Below the pieces are notes generated by a model. The model saw nothing but the letters and a program-made list of their open reading frames with translations. It was not told the DNA's origin and did no database searches. This document shows positions 61,212 to 64,000 of a DNA stretch of 64,000 nt, piece by piece (position 1 is the stretch's first letter; each line of letters begins with the position of its first letter). Both the position numbers and the translations under genes were made by a program. Origin of the DNA: a virus; the IMG/VR virus record IMGVR_UViG_3300042197_002946, positions 86,337-150,336 of that record. The stretch is one strand, 5' to 3'.

Positions 61212-61875
61212 AATAGTCTTCTAATAGCTGTATTTCTAATTTAGCTTGATTATGTATAATATTTTTCACTGAATGAGTGATTTCTAGCAACGAGTCTACA
61301 GGAGATGCATTAAGATGATAGTTAGGAATATGTAGTTCAAATGGATTGGTATCATTAAAAATTTCACATAGTTTTTGATCCTCAATCTTAAAGTAAAATT
61401 GATAGTCTTTGATAATAGATTTAGCTAAACTAAATTTTTCATTTAATGACTTGTCTTTATATTTATATGTAGTTAAATAATCTATCGTTAAATGACCATA
61501 TCTGTTTAAATAATTTTTTAAAATAACCGGAGACAAAGAGTCTATATGTCTACCATAAAAAAAATGAATATGACTAATAATACGAGAGACAGGATGTCTG
61601 AGAGTTAATACTCTATAAGCTTCTGATAGATTGATATTAAAATAATCTTCTATACAAAAGGTAGGACTATGATCAATAAATAACAAAGTATTAGGATGAA
61701 TAGCATCAAATAGATGTGGTTGTTCATACAAACAGATATTTGCGTGCGTATATTGAGATATGTAAGCCGGAGATTGCTGAAAATAAGAGTTGCTTTTGAT
61801 GCCTTCATATATAGATTTCCTGAAGCTTGATCCGCCACATCTAGGTATATGATTTAAAATTAAGTATTTATACAT
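61195..61875 (-). CDS. Sulfotransferase family protein
   Basis: HIPRCGGSS (5'-PSB) and LRHPVSRIISH (3'-PB) PAPS-binding motifs. Confidence 0.75.
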   Translation of the reverse strand: MYKYLILNHIPRCGGSSFRKSIYEGIKSNSYFQQSPAYISQYTHANICLYEQPHLFDAIHPNTLLFIDHSPTFCIEDYFNINLSEAYRVLTLRHPVSRIISHIHFFYGRHIDSLSPVILKNYLNRYGHLTIDYLTTYKYKDKSLNEKFSLAKSIIKDYQFYFKIEDQKLCEIFNDTNPFELHIPNYHLNASPVDSLLEITHSVKNIIHNQAKLEIQLLEDYYEMDI

Positions 61876-61876
61876 T

Positions 61877-62123
61877 TTATATCAAATCTATTTCTTTAGA
61901 TAGAATGCTCCAATGTTTATTATTAGTTCTAGTGTTATTGTTGGTGAAGATTGCCGACTGATAATTTTTAACAACAACTTTATCCATTAAATTAATTTCA
62001 TAGTCGGGATTATTTTTTTCTGTATGCCGACAAAACCTTGTAGACTAATTCTAGACCACCGCCATCATCCCAGTAAATGTGTAATTTTTTGATTATATCT
62101 GTAGTGTCTGATAGTTTTGTCAT
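61877..62123 (-). pseudogene. Frameshifted, truncated GT32/capsular-synthesis-type glycosyltransferase remnant
   Basis: IIKKLHIYW...SAYRK, then a one-base shift in an A7 run, then NNPDYEINLMD...KNY. Span is 247 nt (3n+1). Confidence 0.6.
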
Positions 62124-62129
62124 ATATAA

Positions 62130-62915
62130 TTATTTGTAGTAGTTCATTATTTCTGTTTGTTTGTATTTTTCTGGGATATTGGGTATGTATTCTTGAGGTA
62201 TTTTGTTAATCCATAATGGGTTATCATTTTTTGGATCTATGCCAAACATGCTATGCATCCTAGACCCTATACAAATGCCGGTACGACCTATACTATTACA
62301 GTAATCGCATAACAATGCGGCGTATGCTCCACATGATATTATAGCAATATCAAAATCCATAACAACAATTTGTTGTTTTATATTTTCTAAGGTTTCAAAA
62401 AAATTGGAATCTGGGCCGGTATTAAAAAATGAATATGGAGTACGAACATTCTTTATATCGGATACTATTGGGAAATTTGGATCTATCTTGTGTAGATTGC
62501 CGTTCTCATATTGATGTTGCATTAAAGGAGAGAAGCCGTTAACTAGTAGTACTTTTTTGTCTTTTAACACCATATACCAATTTTTATAATCACACCAGTC
62601 AAAGAGGGATGTTGGTTGTAGATATTCGATAAATTCTTTTCTTTTGTGATCAAAATTCGTTTTATGAAATAATGGGCATAGCTTATCTGAATTCTTTAGT
62701 GATTTAGTATACTGTGCTATAAAATTTTTGTAATTTTCAGACTCTAGTATTTTTTTTGTTTCATACTCCCAAAAATAAGATCCTTTAATCTGTTTATCAT
62801 AAAAACCACTGGTGGTGTAGAGCCAGTTTATCCATTCTATTCTTGGTTTGTCTACTTTTAGATATTCACAAAACATTAGGGTTGTTTCGGTATATCCTGG
62901 TCTTTGGTATTTCAT
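62130..62915 (-). CDS. Polysaccharide-locus-associated hypothetical protein (possible glycosyltransferase)
   Basis: KKVLLVN.F, FDIAIISCGAYA...G..GI.IG...FGI. Confidence 0.5.
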   Translation of the reverse strand: MKYQRPGYTETTLMFCEYLKVDKPRIEWINWLYTTSGFYDKQIKGSYFWEYETKKILESENYKNFIAQYTKSLKNSDKLCPLFHKTNFDHKRKEFIEYLQPTSLFDWCDYKNWYMVLKDKKVLLVNGFSPLMQHQYENGNLHKIDPNFPIVSDIKNVRTPYSFFNTGPDSNFFETLENIKQQIVVMDFDIAIISCGAYAALLCDYCNSIGRTGICIGSRMHSMFGIDPKNDNPLWINKIPQEYIPNIPEKYKQTEIMNYYK

Positions 62916-63766
62916 TATAAGTCGTACTCCAACTTGGTAAAATTTATATTTGGATTAAAATCCCAAAAATAGTTTGAATTTTTATTCTGATTTAATTCTC
63001 TTAATTTCTCTCCAGATAAACAATTTGTTTTGAGAAACTGATACAGTTCGTCATGGGTTAAAGGCTTTTCAAATAGCGCATTTTGTCCTTCGTGGGATAT
63101 CTTTTGGAAGCAAGTGGCACTCCATCCATATACTCCTATATGAGCATGACGATTAGTTTCTGGGGCTATAGGGGTCATATTATGATCTTTTAAAACGTTA
63201 TTCAGCATGTGGTCGTTATCTTTGATCGTCCGCATTGGATCGTAGTCTTGTGCGTTTTTTTTCTTCTCTATCCATTTTTTGATAATTTCGAATTTTTGCC
63301 AACAGATTAGTATAGATCTGCTAGAAACTCCGCTTCTAACTATTTTATTTGGATTTCCCTTTGGTTTTTCCCACGCTCCGACATGAAAATATAATATATT
63401 ATCTTCTTTACATAGTGCCGTGTCATGAACTAGCTGCTCACAAAGTCTTAAATAGTCTTTACTAATCAATACATCGTCTTCTATAGTTAAAACATAATTA
63501 TAATTTGTATTATCAAATATGTACTTTACACTATCATACCAAGAGTATTTACCACTATTTTTGGGCCAATTTATTCTATTATACTCATCGGTTATAACCT
63601 TGTCATAATCTGATACTATTCCGTGTTCTGGGTGAGGATCAACAAAAATGTAGGTTTCAAAATTTTCACTATTGGTACTATCTTTCTGATACTCTAAAGA
63701 GAGCTGTAGCATTGCTGATCGGTCATAGTATGTTGGTCTAACTATGCAAATGTTTGTATTTTTCAT
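62915..63766 (-). CDS. GT-A fold glycosyltransferase
   Basis: RP.Y.R, IFVD, VLTIEDDVLIS.DYL, R..HIG..G. Confidence 0.65.
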   Translation of the reverse strand: MKNTNICIVRPTYYDRSAMLQLSLEYQKDSTNSENFETYIFVDPHPEHGIVSDYDKVITDEYNRINWPKNSGKYSWYDSVKYIFDNTNYNYVLTIEDDVLISKDYLRLCEQLVHDTALCKEDNILYFHVGAWEKPKGNPNKIVRSGVSSRSILICWQKFEIIKKWIEKKKNAQDYDPMRTIKDNDHMLNNVLKDHNMTPIAPETNRHAHIGVYGWSATCFQKISHEGQNALFEKPLTHDELYQFLKTNCLSGEKLRELNQNKNSNYFWDFNPNINFTKLEYDL

Positions 63767-64000
63767 AAAAGTTTTTGTACTCGTTTATAATACTTGTTTC
63801 TGGTATATCTGAATCTTCACCCGTCTGAAAAGCCATGGTGCGATCTAGATTAACAGCGTAAAAATTATCTAAAGATTTAAAATATTTTTCTTCTATACAT
63901 AATTTATTCTTGTTATTTAATACCTTATTTATCCCTCTACTATTAAATAGTACAGCATGATTTCCAAACGTCGGAGATAGTAATTTACATAAATTACCAC
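63738..64000 (-). CDS. C-terminal part of a probable GT25-like glycosyltransferase (5' truncated by the window)
   Basis: Open frame ...TFGNHAVLFNSRGINKVL...FYAV...MAFQTGEDSDI...; TAG stop at 63738-63740. Confidence 0.5.
   Translation of the reverse strand, partial: GNLCKLLSPTFGNHAVLFNSRGINKVLNNKNKLCIEEKYFKSLDNFYAVNLDRTMAFQTGEDSDIPETSIINEYKNFYEKYKHLHS

Noticed and set aside
1-64000. Genome-wide stop-codon reassignment
   Set aside because: Conserved genes are full length in code 11, and TAG, TGA and TAA all end genes at overlaps with the next start.
1-64000. tRNA or rRNA genes
   Set aside because: Intergenic gaps are short and no cloverleaf or T-loop consensus was recognised by eye. tRNAscan-SE would confirm.

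Overview
This window looks like part of a large, AT-rich dsDNA tailed-phage genome (jumbo-type gene content), using the standard genetic code with dense, overlapping genes. Bases 1-23110 (+) hold very large putative virion/tail proteins with RCC1 beta-propellers, an Ig-like domain, mucin-like Thr/Pro tracts and a P-domain-like module. Bases 23107-64000 are almost all on the minus strand and contain, in coordinate order: (1) a first glycosyltransferase-like block; (2) a replication/recombination block with ssb, an intein-less two-gene DnaE, a DEDDh exonuclease, a Cas4-like nuclease, dNMP kinase, primase, DnaB and RecA; (3) nucleotide metabolism genes (HNH, PhoH, class II RNR, dCMP deaminase); (4) a cluster of small Cys-rich peptide genes; (5) a second glycan-modification block with a PaaK/CapK-like adenylating enzyme, several glycosyltransferases and a sulfotransferase. 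The best candidate for a novel system is 52849-57793. Three peptide genes, one absent from the ORF track (54273-54452), share an N-terminal [DN]-[EG]-P-I-[FY]-S-x-L-x-x-K motif followed by divergent cores with exactly six Cys each. A fourth, leaderless paralogue lies among them. The peptide genes overlap an adenylate-forming enzyme and a CxxC membrane protein, and a divergent wHTH regulator sits inside the cluster. All assignments come from reading motifs by eye; no searches were run.
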